Below, piece by piece: positions 1 through 8,844 of a stretch of 57,668 nt of DNA. Origin of the DNA: a virus (Duplodnaviria > Caudoviricetes); the IMG/VR virus record IMGVR_UViG_3300035703_000107, positions 1 through 57,668 of that record; one strand, written 5' to 3'. A program made the position numbers and the translations under genes. Under the pieces are notes generated by a model that made no database searches, was not told where the DNA came from, and saw only the letters and a list, made by a program, of their open reading frames with translations. Every line of letters starts with the position of its first letter. Positions within the stretch are counted from its first letter, which is position 1.

Positions 1-127
1 ACTCCCAAAGTGCTATATGCAATAACTAATATATTGCTACTAGCAGATGTTGGAGTAATTGTTGCAGAAAAACCTGTGCTAACGGCAGACCCACTTGAAG
101 TGGAAAATGGCGTTTGTGTTCTTGTTT
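1..127. repeat. Terminal direct repeat (circular assembly overlap), copy 1
   Basis: Bases 1-127 are identical to 57542-57668. The length of 127 matches a common assembler k-mer, and a gene reads through the junction. Confidence 0.95.
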
Positions 128-218
128 GAACCACTTGCAACACAGAACCAGTAGGTAGCTTCGCCTTGCTTGGTACACCGCTCGCCAGGGAGTTATTGTT
201 GATCTGACTGATTGGCAT
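1..218 (-). CDS. 5' part of origin-spanning tail-associated protein (162 aa in total, continues at 57541..57271)
   Basis: ATG at 218 overlaps the upstream TAA (TAATG). Reads MPISQINNNSLASGVPSKAKLPTGSVLQVVQ...TITPTSASSNILV and joins in frame with ORF 57271..57549. Confidence 0.85.
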   Translation of the reverse strand, partial: MPISQINNNSLASGVPSKAKLPTGSVLQVVQTRTQTPFSTSSGSAVSTGFSATITPTSASSNILVIAYSTLG

Positions 219-562
219 TATTCGATTTCTTTCCAGCTAATCGTTGATTCGTCCCACTGATATAACTTGCCATCATTAGGCATAGGTACGGGGGATTCCC
301 ACAACCAGGTTGCTTCATTGATAGTCCAGCTTGGGTGAGGCTGGGGTGCATAGAACACATCGTTCTGTGCGTCGTAAGTAAATCCGATACCCGCGTAGTT
401 GCCACGCAGAGGACGACCTTCTGGGTGTTGATTACCGTAGGTGTTGTAAGACGTTTGGATCCATTGACCAGGCGAGCTGTCTACGAACGTATCGAAGAAC
501 TCAGACTCAGCCACAATCACTTGGGTAACTTTGCCGTCTAGTACTTTTGCAAAATGACTCAT
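218..562 (-). CDS. Tail-fibre-associated small protein
   Basis: MSHFAKV...WIQTSYN...RGNYAGIGFTYD...FYAPQP..SW...W..PVPMP pattern, typical of genes following Gly-rich fibres in aquatic phages. Confidence 0.75.
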   Translation of the reverse strand: MSHFAKVLDGKVTQVIVAESEFFDTFVDSSPGQWIQTSYNTYGNQHPEGRPLRGNYAGIGFTYDAQNDVFYAPQPHPSWTINEATWLWESPVPMPNDGKLYQWDESTISWKEIE

Positions 563-573
563 GTTTTTTCCTA

Positions 574-1776
574 TTAAGCCGTATACGTACCAGATGAGGT
601 GAAGGTGTGAATAGTGTATCCGCCTGACGATGTTACAGTTCCACCTGTACCACGCTGAGCGCCAGCGTAAGAAATGATTACAACGCCTGAGCCTCCAGCA
701 CCACCAACTGGACCGTTGGTAGTAGCAGAAGCCGCTTGGCCGCCATTTCCAGTATTTGCTGGTGCCGCCGTTCCATTAGAATTTCCAATAGCATTATATA
801 AACCGCCTTCGCCACCAGCCGCGTAAGTTACATTTGTACCCGAAATAGAATTTGGGGTTCCAATGCCGCCAGCCCCTCTGGTTGTACTGTTTGGGGGAGT
901 CCCTCCAACACCACCTGATCCTCCACCACCACCGCCAGGATAATATGGCGCACCAATTCCTGTTGCAGGACCGCCATCGTTTCCTTGACCAGCCGTTCCT
1001 GTACCAACAGCAGTTCCAAATCCACCACTACCGCCGCCAGAGCCTCCGTTGCGTGCAGTCAGTGCACCGCTAGACGTACCGCCACCTCCGCCTCCAATTG
1101 CAGTAGTTAGCGTACCAAATGTGGAATTTCCTCCGTTATTACCTTGTGCGGTTGTACCAGTACCACCAGCACCAACAATCACTGTATATGAAGCATCAGA
1201 CGTTACTGTACTAGTACCAGATAACAAACCACCAGCACCACCACCTCCACCAACTTCACCACCACCGCTGCCGCCGCCAGCTACTACTAAGTAATTTATT
1301 GGGTATGGCACGCCTTTATTAAATTGAACCCAAGTAGAAGAAGCTGACGAATACCATTCAGGATAACCAGTAGTAGTATTCATACGCATCATCCCAGTAG
1401 CACCAGTAGGTCTTTGCGCCGTCGTTCCAGTAGGAATTTGCATTCCACCTGTTCCAGCTCCTGAACTTCCAACATCTAATTCCGTTTGTCCGACAGTCGC
1501 CTGGCCTGGCTTGATAACCTGAGTGATCAGGCTGGTGTAGCGCACGTAGATGTTGTTCGTGCCGCTAGGAGGAGCTGAGGTGAACGTGATCGTATTGCCG
1601 CTCACCGTGTAGGCATCAGACGGGTTCTGAACTACGTTCTCAATAACAGCCTCGACCTGGTTCACTGAAGCTACAGGACGGCTTAGCGTAAATGCAGTAG
1701 TCGATCCATTACCTGAGAAATAGTCAGTAGTTGGAGTAAACGACTGGGTAGTAGGTGTATTGCCGATGAATGCCAT
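574..1776 (-). CDS. Glycine-rich tail fibre protein
   Basis: N-terminal GNGSTTAFTLS domain, IPTGTTAQRP motif, YLVVAGGG...GGSGVVII...HTFTSSGT Gly-rich domain. Confidence 0.8.
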   Translation of the reverse strand: MAFIGNTPTTQSFTPTTDYFSGNGSTTAFTLSRPVASVNQVEAVIENVVQNPSDAYTVSGNTITFTSAPPSGTNNIYVRYTSLITQVIKPGQATVGQTELDVGSSGAGTGGMQIPTGTTAQRPTGATGMMRMNTTTGYPEWYSSASSTWVQFNKGVPYPINYLVVAGGGSGGGEVGGGGGAGGLLSGTSTVTSDASYTVIVGAGGTGTTAQGNNGGNSTFGTLTTAIGGGGGGTSSGALTARNGGSGGGSGGFGTAVGTGTAGQGNDGGPATGIGAPYYPGGGGGGSGGVGGTPPNSTTRGAGGIGTPNSISGTNVTYAAGGEGGLYNAIGNSNGTAAPANTGNGGQAASATTNGPVGGAGGSGVVIISYAGAQRGTGGTVTSSGGYTIHTFTSSGTYTA

Positions 1777-2102
1777 TAGGTGATATTCAGTACTGAAGTA
1801 ACAACGTCAATTGAAGTAGCTGCGGAGCTGACAACTTTCAGCGCATCGCTAGCCCCCATCACAACTTTCTGATCCCCGCCCACGATGACCAGCGAGCTAC
1901 CCACAGGGACGGTTGCGCCCTTGACCAGGTAGTAGTCCACCGCGGAGCGAGTGATATACGCATCGACGGTGACTGGACTCGTGGTTGTGTTTGCGGCTGA
2001 CATGCCGATCACGGTGGTCTGAGTACTAGCCCCTACCGTTACGACTGTTGCCGCTGAGGTGCCAACGTTCTTGTTGACGTATGAAGTAAATGTATTTGCC
2101 AT
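1776..2102 (-). CDS. Virion structural protein (tail region)
   Basis: 108 aa, beta-rich, stop/start coupled to its neighbours. Confidence 0.7.
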   Translation of the reverse strand: MANTFTSYVNKNVGTSAATVVTVGASTQTTVIGMSAANTTTSPVTVDAYITRSAVDYYLVKGATVPVGSSLVIVGGDQKVVMGASDALKVVSSAATSIDVVTSVLNIT

Positions 2103-2105
2103 TTC

Positions 2106-2339
2106 TTATCCTAGAGCGATGGCTAGTGCCACTGCAGTTCCTGCTGGATCAAAGTCTGTCGTGCTTGCGGTAGCGGCTGAGCCCAACCCTAGGTTCGTCC
2201 TGGCGGTCGAGGCGCTCGATAGATCCGACAGGTTGTTAGCGTTTTCCAACTTGGCGTTATTCAAGTTGGTGAAGTTCGCATCGACCTCGGCGTTGGTTAG
2301 GGGTGAGCCTTTACCTGCACGGGTTACGATGGTTGTCAT
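2106..2339 (-). CDS. Small tail protein
   Basis: TRAGKGSPLTNAEVDANF N-terminus, NNLSDL..ARTNLGLG fibre repeat, ALAIALG end. Confidence 0.75.
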   Translation of the reverse strand: MTTIVTRAGKGSPLTNAEVDANFTNLNNAKLENANNLSDLSSASTARTNLGLGSAATASTTDFDPAGTAVALAIALG

Positions 2340-2779
2340 TAGCTAACCGTAATAGCCCAAGTAATGGACATAGCGTCGTCAGCGCCTTTGTTGACGACTG
2401 AGAAGGTGGTACGGCAAAGCATGGTTCCGCTAGAGTTTGCGTTGAAGATTCCTGCCTCAACGACTGCACCAGTACCAGTACCAGCTGGGAAGGTCGCTAC
2501 GTAGGTAGCAATCGCACCAGAAGCGGTACCAGAGGTGAGAGCCACACGACCGAGCTCAGAGCCCAGGGCGGTGTCACCAGCTGCAGGAGCGGTGCTGCTC
2601 GAGCCGATCGCCATGTGACTCATGACGCTGGCTGCAGTACCGACCATACGGCTGGCAATGAAGCCCTTGCCTACGGTTACCACCAGGTTGGGGATAACAC
2701 GTTCTTCTTTTACTTGGCCGTTCTTGTCGAACAGCTTGACGATCAAATCGCCTTTAACCTTCAGTTGATCTTGGATCAT
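2339..2779 (-). CDS. Tail protein
   Basis: NLVVTVG...MAIG...DTALGSE...EAGIFNA...LCRT.F..VNK..D...ITW pattern. Confidence 0.75.
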   Translation of the reverse strand: MIQDQLKVKGDLIVKLFDKNGQVKEERVIPNLVVTVGKGFIASRMVGTAASVMSHMAIGSSSTAPAAGDTALGSELGRVALTSGTASGAIATYVATFPAGTGTGAVVEAGIFNANSSGTMLCRTTFSVVNKGADDAMSITWAITVS

Positions 2780-2789
2780 TGAATAACTC

Positions 2790-3689
2790 CTAAGTGAATG
2801 AGCGGGACGAACCCACGTAGTCCTCTGCGAAATAGGTGATGTCGCAGTAGCCTTGTGAAAGCAGAGAACCAGCGTCTTCGGGTGTTGCCATGTCGCTCAC
2901 CGCTTTACTGGGTTCTAGAGATACAGTATCGGTACTGCTGATACTGTCAGCCGTGACTGTCTTGGCAAGTTCTTTTGCCAGCGAGTCGGAAGTTGAAACG
3001 CTGTCCGTCTTCAGGAGCTCGTGAACCAGAGCTGCTGTGTCGGTCAGGGAGAAGCTGTCTGCCAGCGGCTTATCAAACTCATAAGCCAGCGCATCAGCTG
3101 GTGTCGCGGTATCGGCCAGCACCTTGGAAATATCAAAGGTCTTGGCATCCGATACGAACGCCATGTTGGTGACGTACTTCTGCAGATCGAAGTCTATGTC
3201 TGCGTCGTCGTTCATTGCTACGCCATCGGAAATCCCCTTGGAGAATTCCAACGTATCGTCATCCGCTAAGCTCACCTGGTCGGCTAGCAACTTGAGGTAA
3301 TCGATCGCCACCGTGTCAGGCACGTTGACCGATTCAGCGAAGTTACGGATAAAGATCAGTACTGTCGTCACCACCTCAGACAAGGAGATGGATTCGGCTA
3401 GTGCCTTGTTGGTGCTCTTGACGGATACGTCAGACACACCTAGTGCGTCAGCAAACTGCTTGGCAACTGAGATGATCTTGCTGTCGATGACAGCCACCGT
3501 CTCAGATTTGTATTGATAACGACCACTGGAATCAGACTCCGCGTCAACCTGGATCAGGATGTATTCGATCGCAGCCACAGGGAGCTGGTAGGTCACCCCT
3601 AGTTGAGGGACAACTACCGAGACACTGACTCTAGGTTTGATTACGGAGACTGAGGCGGAAGCGGTCGCACTATTGACCGTCGCTCCCAT
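2790..3689 (-). CDS. Repetitive Asp/Ser-rich virion protein
   Basis: Imperfect KxLAD..S..D repeats; located in the tail module. Confidence 0.65.
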   Translation of the reverse strand: MGATVNSATASASVSVIKPRVSVSVVVPQLGVTYQLPVAAIEYILIQVDAESDSSGRYQYKSETVAVIDSKIISVAKQFADALGVSDVSVKSTNKALAESISLSEVVTTVLIFIRNFAESVNVPDTVAIDYLKLLADQVSLADDDTLEFSKGISDGVAMNDDADIDFDLQKYVTNMAFVSDAKTFDISKVLADTATPADALAYEFDKPLADSFSLTDTAALVHELLKTDSVSTSDSLAKELAKTVTADSISSTDTVSLEPSKAVSDMATPEDAGSLLSQGYCDITYFAEDYVGSSRSFT

Positions 3690-4022
3690 TTAGAAGTCCT
3701 GCCGTAGCTTGAACTTGAGTGGGTCGTATACGGTTTGAATCTGACCGTCCGAGAAGGTGATCTCAATCTCACCCTCGTAATCTCCTGGATCTCCATCCAG
3801 AGAGGTGGGTACAGAGGCCCAGTAAAACGCAACCTGCCCTAGGGCTCCATTGATAATGGAACCTGGGATGGTGGCTTTCAAAGTCTCACTGCCTAACTCA
3901 CGGAACTTCAGAACTACAGTTGCACCTACGATCGAGATCGGGTCATTGGTAGTTTCGTCAGTGAGTGTGCAGATCAACGCTGGGCGTGTATCGCCTTGTA
4001 CTAATTTGATCTTGTCAGTCAT
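3690..4022 (-). CDS. BppU N-terminal-like tail protein
   Basis: QGDTRP.L...G.Y.GEIEITF.DG..QT pattern. Confidence 0.65.
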   Translation of the reverse strand: MTDKIKLVQGDTRPALICTLTDETTNDPISIVGATVVLKFRELGSETLKATIPGSIINGALGQVAFYWASVPTSLDGDPGDYEGEIEITFSDGQIQTVYDPLKFKLRQDF

Positions 4023-4669
4023 CAGATCCGCCTTATACGAACTTGTTTGCTTGCCCGAACGTAGCCGTCCTGTGCACGAATACGTGCGACATTCAACCCA
4101 GCGATATAGAGCGCATTGCGCGCTACAGCGAGTTGAGCGTTTGAGTACGGCTTATCGGGAGATAGGGCCAAGCGTGTGATAGCACCATGTCCAATGGTCT
4201 CGGCATACTCTTCGTAAATTAGATCGTCGATTGTAGTTGCTGACCGAGTTGGCTTCAGAGCCACACGCAAGGTTAGGGAAGACACATCCTTCACATTCGG
4301 AATTGGATAAACCGAGAATGTGCGAGCGTCTTTTTGATAGTAGAAACGTGGGTCCGACCGCTCTACCAAAGCACCAGAACTGGTGTTAAAGGCAGACGGT
4401 GTATAGATCTCGTCAAGCGATCGAGGATCTAGGTTCACACCTTTGAACCACATCTTCATGATCTTGACTACTAGCCTGTCTTTAGGAGGCTCGAGGTCGT
4501 AATCGGAAATGTTTGGGATGGTTGTGATGGGATCGAGATCCGTTTGCAGGATCAAGCTCTTCTCACAGAAATCAATGATGGTGTTCTTGATCTCAAGCAG
4601 TGCCATCTCATTGGTGGCGCCTGGAACTTGAGGAAGAACGTAATCGAGGAATGCGGTATGCGCTGTCAT
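4022..4669 (-). CDS. Head-tail adaptor / tail tubular protein A-like
   Basis: VLPQVPG...IIDFCEKS...LKP...I.HGAI.RL...PDKPYSN; position downstream of the capsid gene. Confidence 0.65.
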   Translation of the reverse strand: MTAHTAFLDYVLPQVPGATNEMALLEIKNTIIDFCEKSLILQTDLDPITTIPNISDYDLEPPKDRLVVKIMKMWFKGVNLDPRSLDEIYTPSAFNTSSGALVERSDPRFYYQKDARTFSVYPIPNVKDVSSLTLRVALKPTRSATTIDDLIYEEYAETIGHGAITRLALSPDKPYSNAQLAVARNALYIAGLNVARIRAQDGYVRASKQVRIRRI

Positions 4670-4992
4670 TTAATCATCTCCTGCGTGAAGCGAGCAAGGA
4701 GACCAGCTGCACGACCGTCTTGGGCGTACTCGTCGTCACGTAGCTCAGCACGGAAACAGACATAGTGCTTGAGCAACATCTGGTATTGGGCAGGGAACGG
4801 AACGTTATCGCCAGCTACATAGGTTGGTACTGCGGTGGTATAGCTGCCTAGACGGAAGTCTGGGCGCAGACGGTATCCTTCCTGAATGCCGTCGTTGCAG
4901 TACTCGAGGAGCTGGGCAGTCGTATAACGAACTGCGTCTGCATCCTGTAAATCTACTCGGACGCTATCGATCACGTTTTGGAGTGTTGCCAT
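4666..4992 (-). CDS. Head-tail connector/adaptor protein
   Basis: VR..LQD....RYT..QLL.Y.NDG......RPD motif. Confidence 0.7.
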   Translation of the reverse strand: MATLQNVIDSVRVDLQDADAVRYTTAQLLEYCNDGIQEGYRLRPDFRLGSYTTAVPTYVAGDNVPFPAQYQMLLKHYVCFRAELRDDEYAQDGRAAGLLARFTQEMIK

Positions 4993-5304
4993 CTACCACA
5001 ATACCTTTCTTGCCCAGTAGTTCGCACTAAAGGGGTCGTCTTTGGTGAGCTTGCCGCTCTTGTCTTTAATCCCAGCGGAGCGCTTCATGTAGTTTGCTCT
5101 ACGCTCTGGGTCTTTGTGTTGCCTGAAGTCTTCGTAATCCTTGTGACCAAAGCGAACCAGCTTGACCTCATCACCTTTCTTGGCAAGGACAACCTTCTTG
5201 GTCTTTGCGCCACTGGTGTCATTCTTGGGTTTGTTGAAACCCTCGAACTTCTCACCACGGTAGACAATCTTCCCGCCTTCGCGTTTGATGTTTGACGCTT
5301 TCAT
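4993..5304 (-). CDS. Small basic protein (DUF5754-like)
   Basis: VRFG..DY.DF..HKDPERR..Y..R...DDPFSANYWAR..LW; Lys-rich. Confidence 0.6.
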   Translation of the reverse strand: MKASNIKREGGKIVYRGEKFEGFNKPKNDTSGAKTKKVVLAKKGDEVKLVRFGHKDYEDFRQHKDPERRANYMKRSAGIKDKSGKLTKDDPFSANYWARKVLW

Positions 5305-5453
5305 TTCTTTGAAGCCCGCATGTTGTCAATTAGATTGGGATACGGACGACCCGCTGCTTTTGCCTTTGCTTTGGCTGATGCCTTTTGCTTTGGCGTGAGA
5401 GGTTTGCTCTCTTTCTTTGGATTGGGTTTCTCCCACACTGGTTTCTTTTTCAC
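5301..5453 (-). CDS. 50-aa basic protein (absent from the ORF track)
   Basis: GTG at 5453 with GAGG upstream. Reads MKKKPVWEKPNPKKESKPLTPKQKASAKAKAKAAGRPYPNLIDNMRASKK; its TGA overlaps the next ATG (ATGA). Confidence 0.75.
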   Translation of the reverse strand: MKKKPVWEKPNPKKESKPLTPKQKASAKAKAKAAGRPYPNLIDNMRASKK

Positions 5454-6471
5454 GAGGCTTCCTCTTCAGTAGCACCTTCGCCATCTCTCGGATGTCGGGT
5501 TCTTTGTTGATGATCTTTTTGAATACCTGCTCGGGGCTGATCAGCTGCAGGGCGCTGCACATGTCATGACAGTTCTGGTCCCAGCCGCCCTCGGATTGCT
5601 CATGGCAGCCCACGCAAGATGCTTGGGGAATAATTGCCTCGAGGTTGTTGGCGCACTCGAATAGATAATCTGGACGGAACTGGGAGACCAATGCGATCGT
5701 CCGCTTGCCGTACAGTCCACCCAGGTGAGCTGGGCCGCTGTCGTTGGACAACACCACGTCTGCGTGTTGTATAAGTCCACACAACTTGTCTTCAGGTACG
5801 TTGATATACCGCGGCACTTCAAGACCGTAGAACATCTCGAAGATCTGCTTCTCATGGCGATCTGCGCCAACCGCAACCACACGGTGACCCGCATCCCTCA
5901 GGAGAATAGCTAGCCGTCTCCAATGAGCTCCAATCCAGGTTCTATCAACAGCAATCGAGAATGGGGCTAACAGGATATAACCGCCACCTTCGGGCGATCG
6001 GAAGTCGTAGATCTCTTTGGGGCGCGATGCCTTGGGTGGTGGAATGCCGTAGGCTTCTCCAATATTGGATAGAAACCAGTCCACTCTTGACATGCCGTTG
6101 GTACGGCAATCACCCAGCTGGGTACGGTAGTTCGCATTTGCATCGAACCCGCCATCCCCTTGGATGATCGTCACGCCAGGATGAGCCACCTTTAGTAGCT
6201 CCTTCCTGTAAGTAAAGTATTCCACCTCATGTCCCGCATCTGCCAGACCACAGGCTGCATACAGCCCTGTCACGCAGTCCCCTACCCCACGAGCGGATAG
6301 TTGGAAACGGATCACATCAGATTGAATCCTTTGAATCTTGGGTACATAGCTCGCATCGAAACGGTTTTCTAGCGGCTTGATGTACTCCTCCATGTCTGGA
6401 CGTTTTGCGAGTTGATCTGTCCAAACGTAAATTTCACTAGTAGTTTTTTGCTTTAAGTATCGTCTTGCCAT
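5326..6471 (-). CDS. Glycosyltransferase family 9 (heptosyltransferase-like)
   Basis: GVGD N-terminal motif, RTW...W..LA, ADVVLSNDSGPAHLGGLYGKRTIAL, C-x2-C...C...C..ISPEQV. Confidence 0.85.
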   Translation of the reverse strand: MARRYLKQKTTSEIYVWTDQLAKRPDMEEYIKPLENRFDASYVPKIQRIQSDVIRFQLSARGVGDCVTGLYAACGLADAGHEVEYFTYRKELLKVAHPGVTIIQGDGGFDANANYRTQLGDCRTNGMSRVDWFLSNIGEAYGIPPPKASRPKEIYDFRSPEGGGYILLAPFSIAVDRTWIGAHWRRLAILLRDAGHRVVAVGADRHEKQIFEMFYGLEVPRYINVPEDKLCGLIQHADVVLSNDSGPAHLGGLYGKRTIALVSQFRPDYLFECANNLEAIIPQASCVGCHEQSEGGWDQNCHDMCSALQLISPEQVFKKIINKEPDIREMAKVLLKRKPREKETSVGETQSKEREQTSHAKAKGISQSKGKSSGSSVSQSN

Positions 6472-6473
6472 AT

Positions 6474-6502
6474 AGAAAAAGGAGGGAGATCTCTCCCCCT
6501 CC
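6474..6502 (-). terminator. Intrinsic terminator after the major capsid gene
   Basis: Minus strand reads GGAGGGGGA-GAGA-TCTCCCTCC followed by TTTTTCT. Confidence 0.8.
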
Positions 6503-6518
6503 TATTCACTTCGGTTGA

Positions 6519-7505
6519 TTAACCACGCTTAACGTAGCCAGTAACCAATGCTTCTGGTTTAACAACCTTATAGCCGTACACGTTCAAGCCACGAACGATG
6601 TTACCGAACGTGCTTTGTGCACGGAGGGTCTCAACGTTGGTGATCTGAGATGCGAAGCTAATCGCATCACGAGTACCAGCCATGAAGTAGTAACCTTTGA
6701 AGTCATCGGCGGTAGAGCCAGTGGTGCCAGCATTGTCGTTCACTTGCTTGATGTTGTTAGAAACATACAAGGTGAAGCGATCGATCATGCCGAGCTTGCC
6801 GTTACGCAGAGGCGAAGTGTCATCGCCAGTGAGGTAGGCTTGACGGAGGTCAGACTTCTTGAGCATTGCTGCAGCCCAAGGAGAAATAACCAACCAACGG
6901 CCATCTTCAGGAACGTTCTGCTCGTCCAAGCACTGACCCATATTGAGGATGAAGTCGAGGATTGCAGTGGTGCTAGAAGCGCCATCCTTGGTTAGAGCAA
7001 CTGCGTTACCAGCGGTACCGAGGTTGATGTCACCAGAGATTGCACCAGCAGCAGTACCTTTGTTGGCAGCAGCTGCGTCAACGTAGGAGTTCTGAAGAAC
7101 GTCACCGTCAATAGCGATCTTCATTTGCTCAGAAGCGTCGCCAGTGAAGATGTCCATCAAGCGAACGTCTGCTTGAACTTCATCAACGTCGTCAACTACA
7201 ACGGCAAAGTACTTACCTTTGTCGATGGTCAACTCGATTGGGGTGCTGATTGGAACTTCAGTGGTTAGGTTCAGACCCTTCTCATAATCACGGATGGTGA
7301 TTGTGGGAATGGAACGGATATGAACGGTGTCACCTTGGTTCTTGATCTCACCTTCCCAATCGTTGTTGGTGATTTCAGCGAGAACGGTGGATTTATAAAA
7401 CTTGACCTGGAGCTTGCCAGACCAAATTTCAGGGATGAACGCAGAGCCATTGGCATTAGCGTTGTACGAATATTGGGGATATGCCCCATTGACTGGAATA
7501 GCCAT
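6519..7505 (-). CDS. Major capsid protein
   Basis: FIPEIWSGKL...NNDWEGEIKNQGDTVHI...FGNIVRGLNVYGYKVVKPEAL; follows the scaffold gene and is followed by a terminator. Confidence 0.9.
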   Translation of the reverse strand: MAIPVNGAYPQYSYNANANGSAFIPEIWSGKLQVKFYKSTVLAEITNNDWEGEIKNQGDTVHIRSIPTITIRDYEKGLNLTTEVPISTPIELTIDKGKYFAVVVDDVDEVQADVRLMDIFTGDASEQMKIAIDGDVLQNSYVDAAAANKGTAAGAISGDINLGTAGNAVALTKDGASSTTAILDFILNMGQCLDEQNVPEDGRWLVISPWAAAMLKKSDLRQAYLTGDDTSPLRNGKLGMIDRFTLYVSNNIKQVNDNAGTTGSTADDFKGYYFMAGTRDAISFASQITNVETLRAQSTFGNIVRGLNVYGYKVVKPEALVTGYVKRG

Positions 7506-7547
7506 TTAATACACTCCATATAATATGAGTGCTGCTAATACCGTAGG

Positions 7548-8495
7548 TCAGCGGATGCGACCTTCGATCGTTGCAGCGTGGATTTCGGATTCCACGGCCA
7601 CCATGTCAGCTGCGCTCACCTCACCTCTACGAGCTCGTTGATAGAAATCAGCGATCTCAGCGCGGGTGAAGAAGCGTTTGCCCTTCGGAGGTGTAGACAC
7701 CTTGTTGGCGTCAGGCACTACCTGGGACTCAAGAGCTTTATTGGAAGCTGTGGTATTGGTCTGTTGCTGGCTTTTCCATGCGTTAAAGAAACGCGATACG
7801 CGATCAGCATCTCGAGAGTTCTCAGCTTCAGAGAGGAGTTCTTGGCGTCGCTTACCTGTCAGTCCGTCATATTCATCGAGCCACTTGAGGAAGTTGGCAT
7901 CATCATTCGTAGATACCCAGTCTGGTACGAGCTGAGAAAGACGATCATAGAAAGTCACCTCAGCAGTCTTGGCCGTATCCGCATGGATACTTTCGAGACG
8001 AGCTTTGAGTGAATTAATCTCTGCGTCTTTCGCAGCCACCTGTTCTTGGGCGGTGCGTTTGATGACATCCAAAAGATCATCGCCATACTTCTCGCGATCC
8101 TCAGGACTGATGAGTGAGGAAACAGGCTCTGCAGCCTTAGTCTTCAGACTCTCTATTTCTGCTGTGAGTGCGTCCATCTTGGTACGCAACTCTCGATTGT
8201 CGGCGGATAGCCTGGGCACCTCAGCCCGATACTTCCCTTCCAATACCTTGTATCTGTGTTCCCACTGATCGTCTTTCTTCTGCTCGTCTGGCTGCTCATT
8301 AGGTGGAGCTGAAGCAGGATCCGCGGGTTGTGCATCAGCTTGTGGCTGTGCATCCTGCGGAGGAGGATCGTCAGTAGGAGCCGCTACAGGCTCTTCTGGG
8401 GCGTTCTGGGGTTCTTCACTGGGCTTCTCATAAAGCTGTTTGTGAAGGGCTTCGGCACGTTCTGCCGCTTCTTTTACTGCGCGTGGAATTGCCAC
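7548..8495 (-). CDS. Capsid scaffolding protein
   Basis: Pro/Gln-rich acidic N-terminus, coiled coil, EGRIR end; directly upstream of the capsid gene. Confidence 0.75.
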   Translation of the reverse strand: MAIPRAVKEAAERAEALHKQLYEKPSEEPQNAPEEPVAAPTDDPPPQDAQPQADAQPADPASAPPNEQPDEQKKDDQWEHRYKVLEGKYRAEVPRLSADNRELRTKMDALTAEIESLKTKAAEPVSSLISPEDREKYGDDLLDVIKRTAQEQVAAKDAEINSLKARLESIHADTAKTAEVTFYDRLSQLVPDWVSTNDDANFLKWLDEYDGLTGKRRQELLSEAENSRDADRVSRFFNAWKSQQQTNTTASNKALESQVVPDANKVSTPPKGKRFFTRAEIADFYQRARRGEVSAADMVAVESEIHAATIEGRIR

Positions 8496-8610
8496 TATTT
8501 ATCTCCATGAGCCACCTGGTCGTGCGTAAGCCTCGCGGTAATTACGCGACCTCGGGTAGGTCTTCATTAATCCCAGGTAGACCCACCTGGGTTGGGGTTA
8601 GTCCTACGGA

Positions 8611-8841
8611 CTAAAACTTGCGGATGGTTTCTCTGGCTTGAGTAGCCTTGACAAGAAACTCATCGATCGCCTGACCAGCTCCTTGATACCAGCGGGTTTG
8701 CACCTCGTCCTTGGTATTGAGAGAGTCATGCTGAATCTGTTGAAGGGAACGCTTCATCCAATCCAGCACTTCCTTGAAATCGTTGTCGTTATCAAGGTTT
8801 GCTAAAGACTGAATGAGTCGTTTACTTGGTTGTTCAAGCAC
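8611..8841 (-). CDS. Small head-module protein
   Basis: 76 aa, helical, RWYQG motif; lies between portal and scaffold. Confidence 0.65.
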   Translation of the reverse strand: MLEQPSKRLIQSLANLDNDNDFKEVLDWMKRSLQQIQHDSLNTKDEVQTRWYQGAGQAIDEFLVKATQARETIRKF

Positions 8842-8844
8842 GGG

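Noticed and set aside
1-127. Biological terminal repeat
   Set aside because: Length equals a typical assembler k-mer and it falls inside a tail gene, so it is most likely a circularisation overlap
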